50,332 bases of DNA, taken from positions 1-50,332 of IMG/VR virus record IMGVR_UViG_3300042090_001664; one strand, written 5' to 3'. Numbering within the stretch: position 1 is the stretch's first letter; every line of letters begins with the position of its first letter. The translations under genes were made by a program, and so were the position numbers. Below the pieces are notes generated by a model. That model searched no databases. It was not told where the DNA came from and saw only the letters and a list, made by a program, of their open reading frames with translations. Shown here piece after piece: positions 17,872-27,726 of the stretch. The DNA is from a virus.

Positions 17872-19068
17872 ATGGCCAACCAGCGCGCGCAGCTCCGGCT
17901 CGAGCATGTGGCGAGCGGTCTCACGATCAACACGTTCCTCTCGGCCACGCTCAAGGATGCGTGGCTCGAGCCGCTCGGGTCGCTCGAGGTGGAGATCGCG
18001 CCGCCCGACACGCAGTGGTCGACCTGGTTCCGCACCCTGGTCAAGGGCGAGGCGATCCAGTTCTTCATCAACGGCGCGAGCCAGGGCCTCTACCTGATCC
18101 AGGAACGGAAGACGAAGCTCGGCGCGAAGGGCGGTCGCACCTTCAAGCTCCAGTGCGAGACCTACCTGTGCACGGCGCACGAGGCGAACGTCGACCCGGA
18201 CTACGGGATCAACGCGAACAGCAGCGTGCCCATCGAGCGCGTCGTGCTCAAGGTGATGGCGCCGTACTTCACCGACCCGCCGCTGACGAGCGCGGTCGCC
18301 CACGTGGAGGCTCTCTCTGGTCAGCCGCTCCCCGGAGGTCAGGCTCTACCCTTCCCGCTCTCTGCGCTGAAGGCGTCCGCATCGAAGGCGTCCGCGGGCG
18401 AGTCCAAGCAGGCGTTCGTCAACAAGCTCGTCACGCGCCTCGGGGTCGTGATGCGTGTCGACGGGAACGGCCGGCTCATGCTGGTCGCCCCAAACTACAC
18501 GCAGGGCCGGTCGTGGTCGGTTGGCGCCTCGAGCACGCGGCTCATGACGCCAGACTTCGACGTGTTCTACGGGGACATCGACCTCGTGGAGACGAACAAG
18601 GGGCAGTTCTCGCAGGCGCGCGTCATCGGGCAGGGGAACCAATCGCCGCCGGTCGGCAACGCCGGCGTGACGACCGTGAGCCGACCGAAGCCGTCTGCGG
18701 TCCTCGCGCAGGGGCTCGTGCCGAACCGTTGCCTCTACCAGAGCTCGGTCCATCCGCTGAAGGAGATCGTCTTCAAGGACAAGCACTCGACGGACACGAC
18801 CACGTGCCTCTCGAGCGCGCAGCTCATCCTCGGCGAGCACGCCTCGAAGGCGTACGTCATCACCGGCATGGTCGACGGCTGGACCAACAAGAGCGGCGCG
18901 GTCTGGACCACGGACACGCAGGGCCGCGTGAAGATCGATGACTTCGACCTGGACGAGACCTTCTGGCTCTCGGAACGCGAACTCCACATGACCAAGGAAG
19001 GCGAGGCGGCGAAGCTCACGGCGATCCCATCGGGCGCGCTGATCCTCGGGCCGAAGCCGGGGACCTGA
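17872..19068 (+). CDS. Baseplate hub protein (Mu gpP/gp44-like)
   Basis: 398 aa, follows the N-like gene; C-terminal GWT...VWT and FWLSERE pattern. Confidence 0.7.
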   Translation: MANQRAQLRLEHVASGLTINTFLSATLKDAWLEPLGSLEVEIAPPDTQWSTWFRTLVKGEAIQFFINGASQGLYLIQERKTKLGAKGGRTFKLQCETYLCTAHEANVDPDYGINANSSVPIERVVLKVMAPYFTDPPLTSAVAHVEALSGQPLPGGQALPFPLSALKASASKASAGESKQAFVNKLVTRLGVVMRVDGNGRLMLVAPNYTQGRSWSVGASSTRLMTPDFDVFYGDIDLVETNKGQFSQARVIGQGNQSPPVGNAGVTTVSRPKPSAVLAQGLVPNRCLYQSSVHPLKEIVFKDKHSTDTTTCLSSAQLILGEHASKAYVITGMVDGWTNKSGAVWTTDTQGRVKIDDFDLDETFWLSERELHMTKEGEAAKLTAIPSGALILGPKPGT

Positions 19069-19877
19069 TGGAGTGCGACTTCGAGCTCGAGTGGTTTGCC
19101 GTCCTCGCGTCGCAGGACCCAGACGGCGGCGCCACCGCGAACGTCGGCGACTCGGCCGACGACTTCGGCACCGCCGCGAGCGCGCCGCTCTGCTCTCCGC
19201 TCGGCTTCTATGGCGGGGCATCGCCGCCTTCGACCGGCTCGAGCGGGCCGCAGAACGCGCGCGTCCTCCAGCTCACGATGGGTCCTTGGGCGACCCTGAT
19301 CGCCGCAACCGACGATCGCGAAGTCGCGTGGATCGACACGTTCTCGGAGGCGCAGCGGGTTGCCAGCGACAGGTTCGTCACCGCGTACGGCAAGAACAGC
19401 CGCCTCGAGCTCCGGACCAGCAGCGCGGACAGCATCGGCCTCTACGGAAACTACGGTCGCAAGGTCCTCGTCGATGACCAGAACGGGAATGTCACCGTTC
19501 AGTGGAACGACGAGCCGCCGAGCCAGGTCAACGCGGAGGCGACCTTCAGCGATACCGGGGTCTCGCTTTCGTACACGGACGCGAGCGGCAACACCTGCAC
19601 CGTGCAGCTCAGCGCCTCCGGCGCCATCGCACTGACGGGGATGACACTAGCCTTCGGCGGAGCGCCATCTTTCGGAGGCGTGCCGGTCAACATCACCGGG
19701 GACTCGAGCCATCTATCCATGAACCAGGGCGGCGCTTCGTGGACGCTCTCGGCGGCCGGTGTTGTGCTGAGCTTCGGAGCGGTATCGCTCACGCTCACTG
19801 CGACCGGCGCCGCGCTCGTCGGACCGCCTGGCACCATCGCCTTCAGCGTCAACGGCACGCCGATCGTTGTCCCGTAA
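19068..19877 (+). CDS. Baseplate spike (Mu gp45/P2 gpV-like)
   Basis: PLGFYG N-terminal motif and beta-repeat C-terminus; synteny. Confidence 0.6.
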   Translation: MECDFELEWFAVLASQDPDGGATANVGDSADDFGTAASAPLCSPLGFYGGASPPSTGSSGPQNARVLQLTMGPWATLIAATDDREVAWIDTFSEAQRVASDRFVTAYGKNSRLELRTSSADSIGLYGNYGRKVLVDDQNGNVTVQWNDEPPSQVNAEATFSDTGVSLSYTDASGNTCTVQLSASGAIALTGMTLAFGGAPSFGGVPVNITGDSSHLSMNQGGASWTLSAAGVVLSFGAVSLTLTATGAALVGPPGTIAFSVNGTPIVVP

Positions 19878-19886
19878 GGAGCTCGC

Positions 19887-20288
19887 ATGCCCGGAGGCTA
19901 CGGACAGACCCCGTTCGGCTTCGGGCCGTACGGGCAGGGGGTCGCCCCCTTCGCCTACGGGATCCCGACGACCTCCGTCGCCTGGAAGATCGACCCCATC
20001 ACGCAGGACTACGTGATGGGCGCCGACGGGAACGCGGTCGGCATGGACGGCACCGATCAGCGGGTCGAGCTCATCTGCGTGAACGCCGAGATCGACATCA
20101 AGATCATCACGCCGTCGGCGCTCGACCAGCAACGGCAGGCCTACCTCGCCGCCCTTCAGCCGCTCGTCGCCGACCTGTCGATCTCGAACCTCGTGGTGAC
20201 CGTGACAGATGGCGGCGGCCAGCTCGTCAAGCGCTTCATCTCCTACAAGAACAACGGCACGAGCCAGGCGAAGACCATCGAGCTGTGA
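19887..20288 (+). CDS. Baseplate wedge protein (gp46/gp25-like)
   Basis: 133 aa between spike and J; IDPITQDY and AALQPLV. Confidence 0.6.
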   Translation: MPGGYGQTPFGFGPYGQGVAPFAYGIPTTSVAWKIDPITQDYVMGADGNAVGMDGTDQRVELICVNAEIDIKIITPSALDQQRQAYLAALQPLVADLSISNLVVTVTDGGGQLVKRFISYKNNGTSQAKTIEL

Positions 20289-20294
20289 CCTAGA

Positions 20295-21917
20295 ATGCCG
20301 ACCGTCGCCTACCCCTCCCCGTCGCAGCTTTTGTCCATCCACCTGGACACGCTGCGGTACGCCTTCGAGGCGCAGGGGATCACCCCTGAGCTCGGAGATG
20401 GTGGCGACCTCTACAACCGCGCGCTGGCGAACGCGAACCGCGCGGCCATCGCCATCTCGAACAACAAGATCAGCCTCGCGCAGTCGAACCCGTTGACGTC
20501 GACGGGGCAGGACCTCATCAACCTCTGCGCGGTGTTTGGCGTCGTGCCGGACCAGCCCGGCTACGCTACCGGATCGGTCATCGTCTCGTTCGGCGGGTCG
20601 GCGATCACGCTGCCGCAGGGCTTCACCGGGACGATCGGCGCGAACCGCTACCAGACGGTCTCGGGTGGCACGTACTCGCCCGGGCCGACCGCGAGCGTGC
20701 AGATCGTCGCGCTGGTCGCTGGCTCGGCGGCGAACGAGCCAGCCGGTTCGGTCTTCACGTGGGACTCGGCGAGCATCGGCCCGCTCTCGCAGAGCGCCGC
20801 GGTCGACTCCAACGGCATCGCGGACGGCGTGGACGGTGACGGCGACCCGGACGGCACGCGGCCGGACCTCGACGCGCCTCTCCGAGCTCGCCTGCTCCAG
20901 AAGCTCAGCGCGCCGCCGGTCGGCGGCAACGCCTCGATGGCGGTCGCGATCGCGGAGGAGAACGCGAGCGTCGAGGCCGGGTACGCCTACTGCGGGATCC
21001 AGGGCTGCGGGTCCATGGACATCGCGGTCACGGGCGCCGGCGCGGCGAACGCCGCGGGGCAGTCCTCCGTGACGCCGGCGGCCGCGCGCCAGGTGCTCGG
21101 CACGACGCTCGCCACCATCCGAACGAACCTCGCCGCGGTGTACCCCGGGCAGGAGCAGCTCAGCGTCATGGGCTGCACCGGCCAGCCGGTCGACATCACG
21201 CTCGCCGCCGTGCTCGCGCTGCCGCTCCAGTCGGGCGGGGTCGGCGGCGGCTGGAAAGACCCGGTGCCCTGGCCGGCTGCGTTCGATGTCCAGGTCGTTG
21301 CGACCTCCGCGGGCTTCATCAGCCCGGCAACCGGAGTGACCGGCGCTGGGAACATCTACACGGTCTGTGACCCGAGCACGCTCGGGCCGAGCGTCGGCAA
21401 CTCGGTCGCCATCTGGGACCCGAACGCGGTCACCACGAACACGTCGACCGGGCTCTCGCAGCGCGGCAAGATGATCGAGATCATCATCGCGACCGTCACG
21501 CTCGTGAGCACCCCGTTGAACCTCTGGAACATCACCTTCCAGGTGGCGCCGACGTTCGTCACGCCGGCGTGGCCGCTCGGCGCCTACGTGTCGGCAGACG
21601 CGACCAACCTGGTGAATTACGCGCTCACCTTCGCGGCCGCGATGGCGCTCCTCGGGCCGGGCCAGAAGACCGCGCTCCCGGAGCTCCTCCCTCGAGCAGC
21701 TCGGCAGCCGACCGTCGACGTCGAGAACCGAAGCGACCTCACCAACCGGCTGATCGATTCGGTGCTGAACGGCTTCGGCGAGTTGGAAGACTTGCAGTAC
21801 AGGAACACGTACATCAGCGGCACGACGACGACCGTGACGTCGCCGGTCATTCCGAACACGAGCGCGGATCCGCCGGGCGTGTTCGTCCTTCAGTCCTTCG
21901 CGATCAGGAAGCTCTGA
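20295..21917 (+). CDS. Baseplate J-like protein (Mu gp47)
   Basis: TSTGQDL, ATGSV, GSAAN and LRARLLQKLSAPPVGGN motifs. Confidence 0.85.
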   Translation: MPTVAYPSPSQLLSIHLDTLRYAFEAQGITPELGDGGDLYNRALANANRAAIAISNNKISLAQSNPLTSTGQDLINLCAVFGVVPDQPGYATGSVIVSFGGSAITLPQGFTGTIGANRYQTVSGGTYSPGPTASVQIVALVAGSAANEPAGSVFTWDSASIGPLSQSAAVDSNGIADGVDGDGDPDGTRPDLDAPLRARLLQKLSAPPVGGNASMAVAIAEENASVEAGYAYCGIQGCGSMDIAVTGAGAANAAGQSSVTPAAARQVLGTTLATIRTNLAAVYPGQEQLSVMGCTGQPVDITLAAVLALPLQSGGVGGGWKDPVPWPAAFDVQVVATSAGFISPATGVTGAGNIYTVCDPSTLGPSVGNSVAIWDPNAVTTNTSTGLSQRGKMIEIIIATVTLVSTPLNLWNITFQVAPTFVTPAWPLGAYVSADATNLVNYALTFAAAMALLGPGQKTALPELLPRAARQPTVDVENRSDLTNRLIDSVLNGFGELEDLQYRNTYISGTTTTVTSPVIPNTSADPPGVFVLQSFAIRKL

Positions 21918-21920
21918 GCC

Positions 21921-22475
21921 ATGCAACCGATCACGCGAGGCAACTTCGGCCCGAACAAGACGAACGCGGTCGTGCCGAAGAACCCGTCGACGGACTTCGA
22001 CGCGGCGATGGCCAACGGGCTCTTCGACCTGACGTCGCAGACGACTTTGCAGAACAACGGCCGGATGAAGGTCGTGTTCTCGACCTCGACCGCATCGACC
22101 GGCAGCGGGCCGGTCCAGATCACGCCGACGTGGGGCACGGCCGAATGGGGCAATGCCCCGGCAAACTACCCGGTGGTCCAGAAGACCGCGACCGGCACGT
22201 ACCTGGTCACGGCGCCGGCGACCTGGACGAACAGCCTCGACACGCCCTCCGCTGGCGAGCTCCAGATCAGCCAGGTGGAGACCGTGAGCTTCAACTGGAC
22301 GCTCGAGAAGGCGGTCGGCAACTCCGGCGCCGTCCTAGCTTCGAAGGTCGTTACTACGTTCGCCGGGAACGTCATCACCGTGTTCGTGTATGCGGTCACC
22401 GTCTCGGGCGGCGCGCTCGTGTTCACGCTGTCCGACCTCAGCGGCGGCGTGCCCATCTTTCTGTCGGCCGGCTGA
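21921..22475 (+). CDS. Hypothetical tail/baseplate protein
   Basis: Thr/Val-rich beta protein with KTATGTYLVT motif; in the operon. Confidence 0.6.
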   Translation: MQPITRGNFGPNKTNAVVPKNPSTDFDAAMANGLFDLTSQTTLQNNGRMKVVFSTSTASTGSGPVQITPTWGTAEWGNAPANYPVVQKTATGTYLVTAPATWTNSLDTPSAGELQISQVETVSFNWTLEKAVGNSGAVLASKVVTTFAGNVITVFVYAVTVSGGALVFTLSDLSGGVPIFLSAG

Positions 22476-22480
22476 TCGCG

Positions 22481-23128
22481 ATGGCTGGGCTCGGACAACC
22501 CCTAAGCGCTCCACTCGGCGGCGGCCCCACGGCGGTCGAGGTGGAGTACCAGGCGCTCCTCGACGCGCTATCGCCCGGGCTGAACCCGCTCGACCCGGTG
22601 AACCAGGCGCAGTGCTGGGCCGAGGCGGTGATGCTCGCGAACACCTGGGCGGTCGACGAGCGCCTCCGTGGCCAGTTCATCCCGGCCCGCATGATGGAAG
22701 ACCTGCCGACCTGGATTCAGGCGTGCTCGCTCGTCGCGCAGCCGGGGGATGTCGACCAGACGATGCGTGGGGAGGTGGCGGCGCAGTTCCTCGGCTTCGT
22801 CGGCAACTCGATGCCGCTCGTCTACGACATCATCGTCGCCATCGCCGGCACGCGGTTTCTCGGCTTCAGCTTCCCGCTCTGGACGCTCTACTACGCGCCG
22901 GGGATCAACCCCGGGCCGCCGGGCTTCGAGTGGAGCGGCACGCGGAGCCAGTTCGCGGTCATCCTCTCGAGGACCGGAACGATCACCTCCGACTTCCTGA
23001 ACCTCGTGCGCAAGGTCCGGGTCCAGCTCTCGAAGGTGCTGCCTGGCTGGGATGTCGCCGTGGTCGGGACTCAGGATGGTTGCGTGCCAGACGTCGCGGT
23101 CCCGGACATCAGCTTGCTCGCTTCGTGA
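22481..23128 (+). CDS. Baseplate protein, Mu gp48/P2 gpI-like
   Basis: ATG at 22481; QFIPARMMEDLPTW and KVLPGW; follows J. Confidence 0.6.
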   Translation: MAGLGQPLSAPLGGGPTAVEVEYQALLDALSPGLNPLDPVNQAQCWAEAVMLANTWAVDERLRGQFIPARMMEDLPTWIQACSLVAQPGDVDQTMRGEVAAQFLGFVGNSMPLVYDIIVAIAGTRFLGFSFPLWTLYYAPGINPGPPGFEWSGTRSQFAVILSRTGTITSDFLNLVRKVRVQLSKVLPGWDVAVVGTQDGCVPDVAVPDISLLAS

Positions 23129-23139
23129 TAGAAGGCGTC

Positions 23140-23778
23140 ATGGACGACACCACCACCAACCCTGCCGCATCCCCCGCTGTCTCGTACCCGAGGCTCGTCT
23201 TCGGTCACCCGGTCCGCCCGCCGTTCTCGGTCGGCGCCGCCGACTTCACGCCCACCCCGAAGGGCCGGCTCGCGCGGATCGACGCCGCGCTCCGCGAGGC
23301 CGGCGGCGTCGCGCAGGCGCGCTACCGCGAGTGGTGCGAGCAGGAGACCAAAGACCAGGAGCAGGAGGACCGCGCACCGCGGCCGCCGCCGCTCATCCTG
23401 GTCTGTTGCGCCGACTCGACCATCGGCAGGTCGCTGATCGATGCGGGTCGGCCTGGGCTCAGCGGGCAGGTCTGCGGCCCGGTCGTCATGCTGCTTCACG
23501 TGCAGGAGCTCCTCCAGCTGTTCCAGGCGAGCGCGCAGAGCATCATGCAGGAGCTGAGCGCGCTCGAGGCGAAGCCCGGCCAGCCCGTGTGGGGCTTCGC
23601 GGTGAACGGCAACCTGTTCGACTTCCGCGTGATGACCGTCGAGACCGCACCGCCGGCGCCAACGGCCCCCGCCGAGGCAGCCAAGCCTGAGCCAGTGATC
23701 GTTCCGCCTGCGCCGCCCGAGGAGCCCGCGCCGACCATCGAGGTCGAGCCGGCCGGAGAGCCCGCCGCGGCAACGTGA
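23140..23778 (+). CDS. Hypothetical protein with a Pro/Ala-rich tail
   Basis: ATG at 23140 after GAAGG; its stop codon forms part of the IS target TGAC. Confidence 0.6.
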   Translation: MDDTTTNPAASPAVSYPRLVFGHPVRPPFSVGAADFTPTPKGRLARIDAALREAGGVAQARYREWCEQETKDQEQEDRAPRPPPLILVCCADSTIGRSLIDAGRPGLSGQVCGPVVMLLHVQELLQLFQASAQSIMQELSALEAKPGQPVWGFAVNGNLFDFRVMTVETAPPAPTAPAEAAKPEPVIVPPAPPEEPAPTIEVEPAGEPAAAT

Positions 23779-23849
23779 CCCGCGAACCGCAAGCCCCCGC
23801 CTCGCTCCGCAGGCGGGGGTCCACCAGGATCCAGTTTCCCATGGCAGCG

Positions 23850-24257
23850 CTAGTCCGGTCTCTTCTGGTTTTCGACGTACCGCTTGAGGATCTCGATCGG
23901 TGCTCCGCCCGCGGAGATGATGCAGTAGCTCGGCGACCAGAGGACGGCTTTCCCGCGGTACGCCACGCGGAGCGCGGGAAACTCGGAGCGGAGCCTACGG
24001 GAGAGCACGGTTTTGATGTTGTTGGTGAGGTCGCTGGGTCGGACCTTGGGAGGCATGTCGAGGAGCATGTGCACGTGGTCGGCTTCGCCCGAGCATTCGA
24101 CCAGTTCGCCTTGCCAGGCGACGCAGAGGCTCGTGAGGATCTCCTTGCAGCGGTCGAGCATCGGGTTGGTGAAGACGCGGCGGCGGTACTTGGAGACGAG
24201 AACCAAGTGGTAGACGAGACGGAAAACGGCGTTGTTGTTGCGGTGGAGTGCTTGCAT
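23850..24257 (-). CDS. tnpA: Y1 HUH transposase TnpA
   Basis: LVYHLVLVSKYRR, DHVH (HUH), LWSPSY, catalytic Tyr in KRYVENQ. Confidence 0.95.
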   Translation of the reverse strand: MQALHRNNNAVFRLVYHLVLVSKYRRRVFTNPMLDRCKEILTSLCVAWQGELVECSGEADHVHMLLDMPPKVRPSDLTNNIKTVLSRRLRSEFPALRVAYRGKAVLWSPSYCIISAGGAPIEILKRYVENQKRPD

Positions 24258-24286
24258 GAGTCTACCGAACGAAGTACATCGTACGC

Positions 24287-25447
24287 GTGGTCCGCGTCTA
24301 CCGCTACCGGCTCAGCCCCACGCGGGCTCAGGAAGCCGCGATGCACGGGACGCTCTACCGGCTGCGTGAGCTTTACAACGCGGCGCTCGAGGAGCGGATC
24401 AAGGCGTACCGCCAGCGCGGCGTCACGCTCTCGGCATACGACCAGATGGCCGAGCTGCGCGAGGTCCGCGAGGTCCGGCCCGAGTACGCCGCCATCCACA
24501 CGCACCTGCTCCAAGACGCGCTCACGCGGCTCGAGCGCGCGATGCGGGCGTTCTTTCGACGGATCAAGTCGGGCGAGAAGCCCGGGTTCCCTCGCTTCAA
24601 GGGTCGCGACCGCTACTCGACGTTCACGTTCAAGGACGCCGCGAACCACAACGGCGTGCGGCTCATGGCCGGCGGCAAGCGGGTCAAGCTCACCGGGATC
24701 GGCAACGTCAAGATCAAGCTGCACCGGCCTCTCCAGGGTCGGATCAAGCAGGCCAGCGTTTCGCTCGATGGCGACGGCCACTGGTACATCGCCTTCGTCT
24801 GCCAGGACGTGCCGACGAAGCCCCTGCCCGCAACCGGAGCGAGCGTCGGCGTGGACGTCGGCATCACGACCTTCGCGGCGCTCTCGACCGGCGAGTGCAT
24901 CGACAACCCACGGCCCTACGAGACCGCTCACCGGAAGCTCGCTGCTGCCCAGCAACGCGTCTCCCGACGGAAGAAGGGCTCGCGACGGCGCCGCAAGGCC
25001 GTCGCGCTGCTCCGCAAGCACCATGCGCACGTGGGTCGCGTGCGGCTCGACTTTCACCACAAGGTGGCGCTCTACCTGGTTGAGCACTTCGATTCCATCT
25101 CGGTGGAGAAGCTCAACATCAAGGGCCTCGCGCTCTCGTCGCTGGCCCTGCAAGTTCTCGATGCCGCGTGGGGCCAGTTCACGACGATTGTCGACGGCAA
25201 GGCAGAATGGGCCGGTCGCGACTTCAACGCCGTGGACCCACGTGGGACCTCCCAGGAATGCTCCGGCTGCGGCGCGTTGGTCCGAAAGGATCTTCGCGTT
25301 CGCGTCCACCGCTGCCCGCACTGCGGGCTGGTGCTGGACCGCGACGTCAACGCCGGAATCAACATCGATCGGCGTGGACAGCGCCTTCGGAGGCAGAAGA
25401 GCGCTGGGGCTCTTGCTGTTCCGAGAAGCCGCTCCCTCGCGCTTTGA
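24287..25447 (+). CDS. tnpB: RNA-guided endonuclease TnpB
   Basis: YRYRL N-terminus, GFPRFK, RuvC D (GVDVG), E (VEKL), D (DRDVNA), and CSGC/CPHC zinc finger. Confidence 0.95.
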   Translation: MVRVYRYRLSPTRAQEAAMHGTLYRLRELYNAALEERIKAYRQRGVTLSAYDQMAELREVREVRPEYAAIHTHLLQDALTRLERAMRAFFRRIKSGEKPGFPRFKGRDRYSTFTFKDAANHNGVRLMAGGKRVKLTGIGNVKIKLHRPLQGRIKQASVSLDGDGHWYIAFVCQDVPTKPLPATGASVGVDVGITTFAALSTGECIDNPRPYETAHRKLAAAQQRVSRRKKGSRRRRKAVALLRKHHAHVGRVRLDFHHKVALYLVEHFDSISVEKLNIKGLALSSLALQVLDAAWGQFTTIVDGKAEWAGRDFNAVDPRGTSQECSGCGALVRKDLRVRVHRCPHCGLVLDRDVNAGINIDRRGQRLRRQKSAGALAVPRSRSLAL

Positions 25448-25490
25448 GCGCAGGGAGGGGAGATGATCACTTGATCCTGTCGTCGTACGC
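25330..25490 (+). ncRNA. Predicted TnpB omegaRNA/reRNA (scaffold in the right end; guide is the flank from 25471)
   Basis: Hairpins at 25388-25423 and 25429-25460; established IS605 architecture. The 5' boundary is a guess. Confidence 0.6.
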
Positions 25491-26445
25491 GGAGCTCCGC
25501 AAGCACTTCGCGCAGGCTGCTCTCACCGTCACCAACGCGGTCAACAACGGCGCCGGCGCGGTCAGGCTGACCGTCTCGCCGAACACCTCCCTCCTCACGA
25601 CGCTCAAGTACGTCTCGGTCCAGAACATCCCGTCGTGGAGCACGTACGAGGCGAACGGGGTCTGGCAAATCTCGGTCGTGGACGGCACCCACATCGACCT
25701 CAACGGCTCGACGTTCGTCAACGCGTGGTCGAGCCCCGCGGGCGCGACACCGTTCCTGTTCATCCTCGCCAACGACGGCTTCCCGGTGTGGCCCGGGCCG
25801 GTCCTCGCCAACGGGAGCATCGACGGTTCGGTCGGGCAATCGACGAGCGGCTCGATGCTGCGCAAGTACCTCTTCGGCTGGAACCAGCTGGGGACCGTCC
25901 GCACGAGCGGGGCGCAGGCGGACTACTTCCAGATGACGAGCCAGGGCGGCACGACGATGACCTCGGCGTCCGCGATCGGTCCGCTGCTCGACCCAACGAA
26001 GCTAGCCGGCGGCGACGTCGGGTTCCCCTTCACCATCTCGCTCAACAACGCGGTCGCGGACCCGACCCCCGGGCAGCACCAGTTCAAGTGGTACCTTAGC
26101 CAGCGGCGCGACCCTGGGTCGGTGGCGGATCCCACCGGCACGACCACGACACCGTGGGGGCCGAACGTTCTGACAACGGCGGCGAACACCCCGCCGTTCT
26201 TCATGGTCCACCCGAACGTGGTGAACAGCTCGATCGTCACGCTCGGGCTCAACTTGCCGGCGATCGCGCAGCTCGTACCAGGCGTCACCGGCACGGGCCT
26301 GATGAACCCCGACGTCCTCGCGGTGCTCTTCCGAAACGTCGGGATCTACTGCCTTCGAGTCGCCGGAGTCGGGACTCTAGGCGACGGGTCGATTCAGTAC
26401 GCGAGTCTCTACCTGCCTCCAGGCGCCCCCGCCGGAACGGATTGA
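25471..26445 (+). CDS. Tail/virion protein with an N-terminal E1-FCCH-like beta domain
   Basis: Likely TTG start right after the IS end; NNGAGAVRLT...EANGVWQI...THIDL. Confidence 0.65.
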   Translation: MILSSYAELRKHFAQAALTVTNAVNNGAGAVRLTVSPNTSLLTTLKYVSVQNIPSWSTYEANGVWQISVVDGTHIDLNGSTFVNAWSSPAGATPFLFILANDGFPVWPGPVLANGSIDGSVGQSTSGSMLRKYLFGWNQLGTVRTSGAQADYFQMTSQGGTTMTSASAIGPLLDPTKLAGGDVGFPFTISLNNAVADPTPGQHQFKWYLSQRRDPGSVADPTGTTTTPWGPNVLTTAANTPPFFMVHPNVVNSSIVTLGLNLPAIAQLVPGVTGTGLMNPDVLAVLFRNVGIYCLRVAGVGTLGDGSIQYASLYLPPGAPAGTD

Positions 26446-26448
26446 CGC

Positions 26449-27723
26449 ATGGCCTTCGGTCTTCAGCCCGGCGCACCTCTGGTCCCCGGTGCGGGCACCA
26501 TCCCGTCCGCAGCCCTCAACGCTTGGCGGGCGAACTTCCCGAGTTGCGTCGACGGCGTGCAGGGCGGCACGTACAACCTCGTTTCGAACGGCGTCGGTGT
26601 CACTCCGACCCTCTCGTTTCCAGGCGGCCAGACGAACGACCCTGTCATCTCGTGGGGCTGCGCCGTCGCCTTCAGCGGCCATGTCGTGTCGTGGCCGGCG
26701 GGTCTCAACTTTGCCGGAATCCAGGCAGTCGGTGACCAATCGCATCCGGGCGTCCTCGCGACCGGAGGCGCCGGCGGGAACGGCATCACGGCCTCGGCGC
26801 TGCCGGTCTTTTTAGGTGGCACCGGCGCCTTCGGAGGGCAGTTCACCGGCGTCCTCACGTACGCTGGCGTTTATGGCATGGGCGGCGCCAGCGTGGCAGT
26901 GGGCGGCACCGTCTCGTCTGTTGGCGTGTACGGCATCGCTGGCCCAAACGGGACGGCCGGCGTGTACGGCCTCGGGCAAGGCACCAGCGCGGCGCAGGGC
27001 GTCGGCGTCCTTGGACTCGGGACAGGTGCGACCGGAGTCACCGTACCGACCGGCGCTGGCGTTGTCGGCTTCGGCGGCCCAACGAATGCCTACGGCGTCT
27101 ACGGGATCGGTGGCGCGACCGGGATTGGTGGGTACTTCCTCGGCGGAGGCGGAAACGCCCAGGCCATCAACGGGATTGGCGCCGGCACCGGTGCTGGCGG
27201 TCGGTTCTTGAACAGCGGAACGAGCCTGCCCTACACCGCAGGACCGAGCGGAAACAACTCGATTGAGGCCTACGTCGGGCCGATCTGGGTGCCGACAAAC
27301 CCGTCCTCGGTTGGGATGGTGGGCGGCACCAATACTCTGTGGGGCTCGAATATCTGCAAGGCGTGGGCGTTCGTTTCGATCGCGCACGGGTCTGGCACGG
27401 TCACGATCCTGGGTGGGCACAACATCGCGTCGGCGAGCTACATCGCCGTGACTGGCTACTCGGGCGGAATTCAGTTCACGTTCGCGACCAACATGGGCGG
27501 GGCGTCGAGCTACGCCGTAAGTGTCTCTCCTGTGACGACGGCCGCGGGGCAACCGGATCTCGGTGGGTTCGTCCTCGAGCTTGGCAACTCGCAGTCCCCG
27601 CCGACCGCAGCGCACTTCACGGTGTGTGCGACGCAGATCACCGGGTCGCCTGGCAGTGCAGGCGATTTCAACGGTGGGTCGTCTACACGCTACTTCTCCG
27701 TGTTCGTGTTCGGGACGCAGTGA
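26449..27723 (+). CDS. Tail fibre/receptor-binding protein
   Basis: GVYG-type Gly repeats; C-terminal CKAWA...HNIAS...FTFATNM...YAV domain typical of fibre tips; lower GC3. Confidence 0.7.
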   Translation: MAFGLQPGAPLVPGAGTIPSAALNAWRANFPSCVDGVQGGTYNLVSNGVGVTPTLSFPGGQTNDPVISWGCAVAFSGHVVSWPAGLNFAGIQAVGDQSHPGVLATGGAGGNGITASALPVFLGGTGAFGGQFTGVLTYAGVYGMGGASVAVGGTVSSVGVYGIAGPNGTAGVYGLGQGTSAAQGVGVLGLGTGATGVTVPTGAGVVGFGGPTNAYGVYGIGGATGIGGYFLGGGGNAQAINGIGAGTGAGGRFLNSGTSLPYTAGPSGNNSIEAYVGPIWVPTNPSSVGMVGGTNTLWGSNICKAWAFVSIAHGSGTVTILGGHNIASASYIAVTGYSGGIQFTFATNMGGASSYAVSVSPVTTAAGQPDLGGFVLELGNSQSPPTAAHFTVCATQITGSPGSAGDFNGGSSTRYFSVFVFGTQ

Positions 27724-27726
27724 GCG

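Larger units (their letters stand above)
23780..25470. mobile_element. IS200/IS605-family element (IS605 group, divergent tnpA and tnpB)
   Basis: Target TGAC at 23776-23779. Left end: guide CAAG plus hairpin 23794-23819. Right end: guide GAAG plus hairpin 25429-25460, ending in TCAC at 25467-25470. Confidence 0.9.

Noticed and set aside
10265-23128. Tailocin, eCIS or T6SS interpretation of the sheath/baseplate cluster
   Set aside because: Scaffold, capsid, head-tail, lysis and early genes are present, so this is a phage.
24287-25447. Cas12/CRISPR effector
   Set aside because: 386 aa with adjacent tnpA and IS ends; no repeat-spacer array seen in the window.
23780-25470. IStron (group I intron-IS hybrid)
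   Set aside because: Only about 70 nt lie between the left end and the tnpA stop, leaving no room for an intron core, and the insertion is intergenic.
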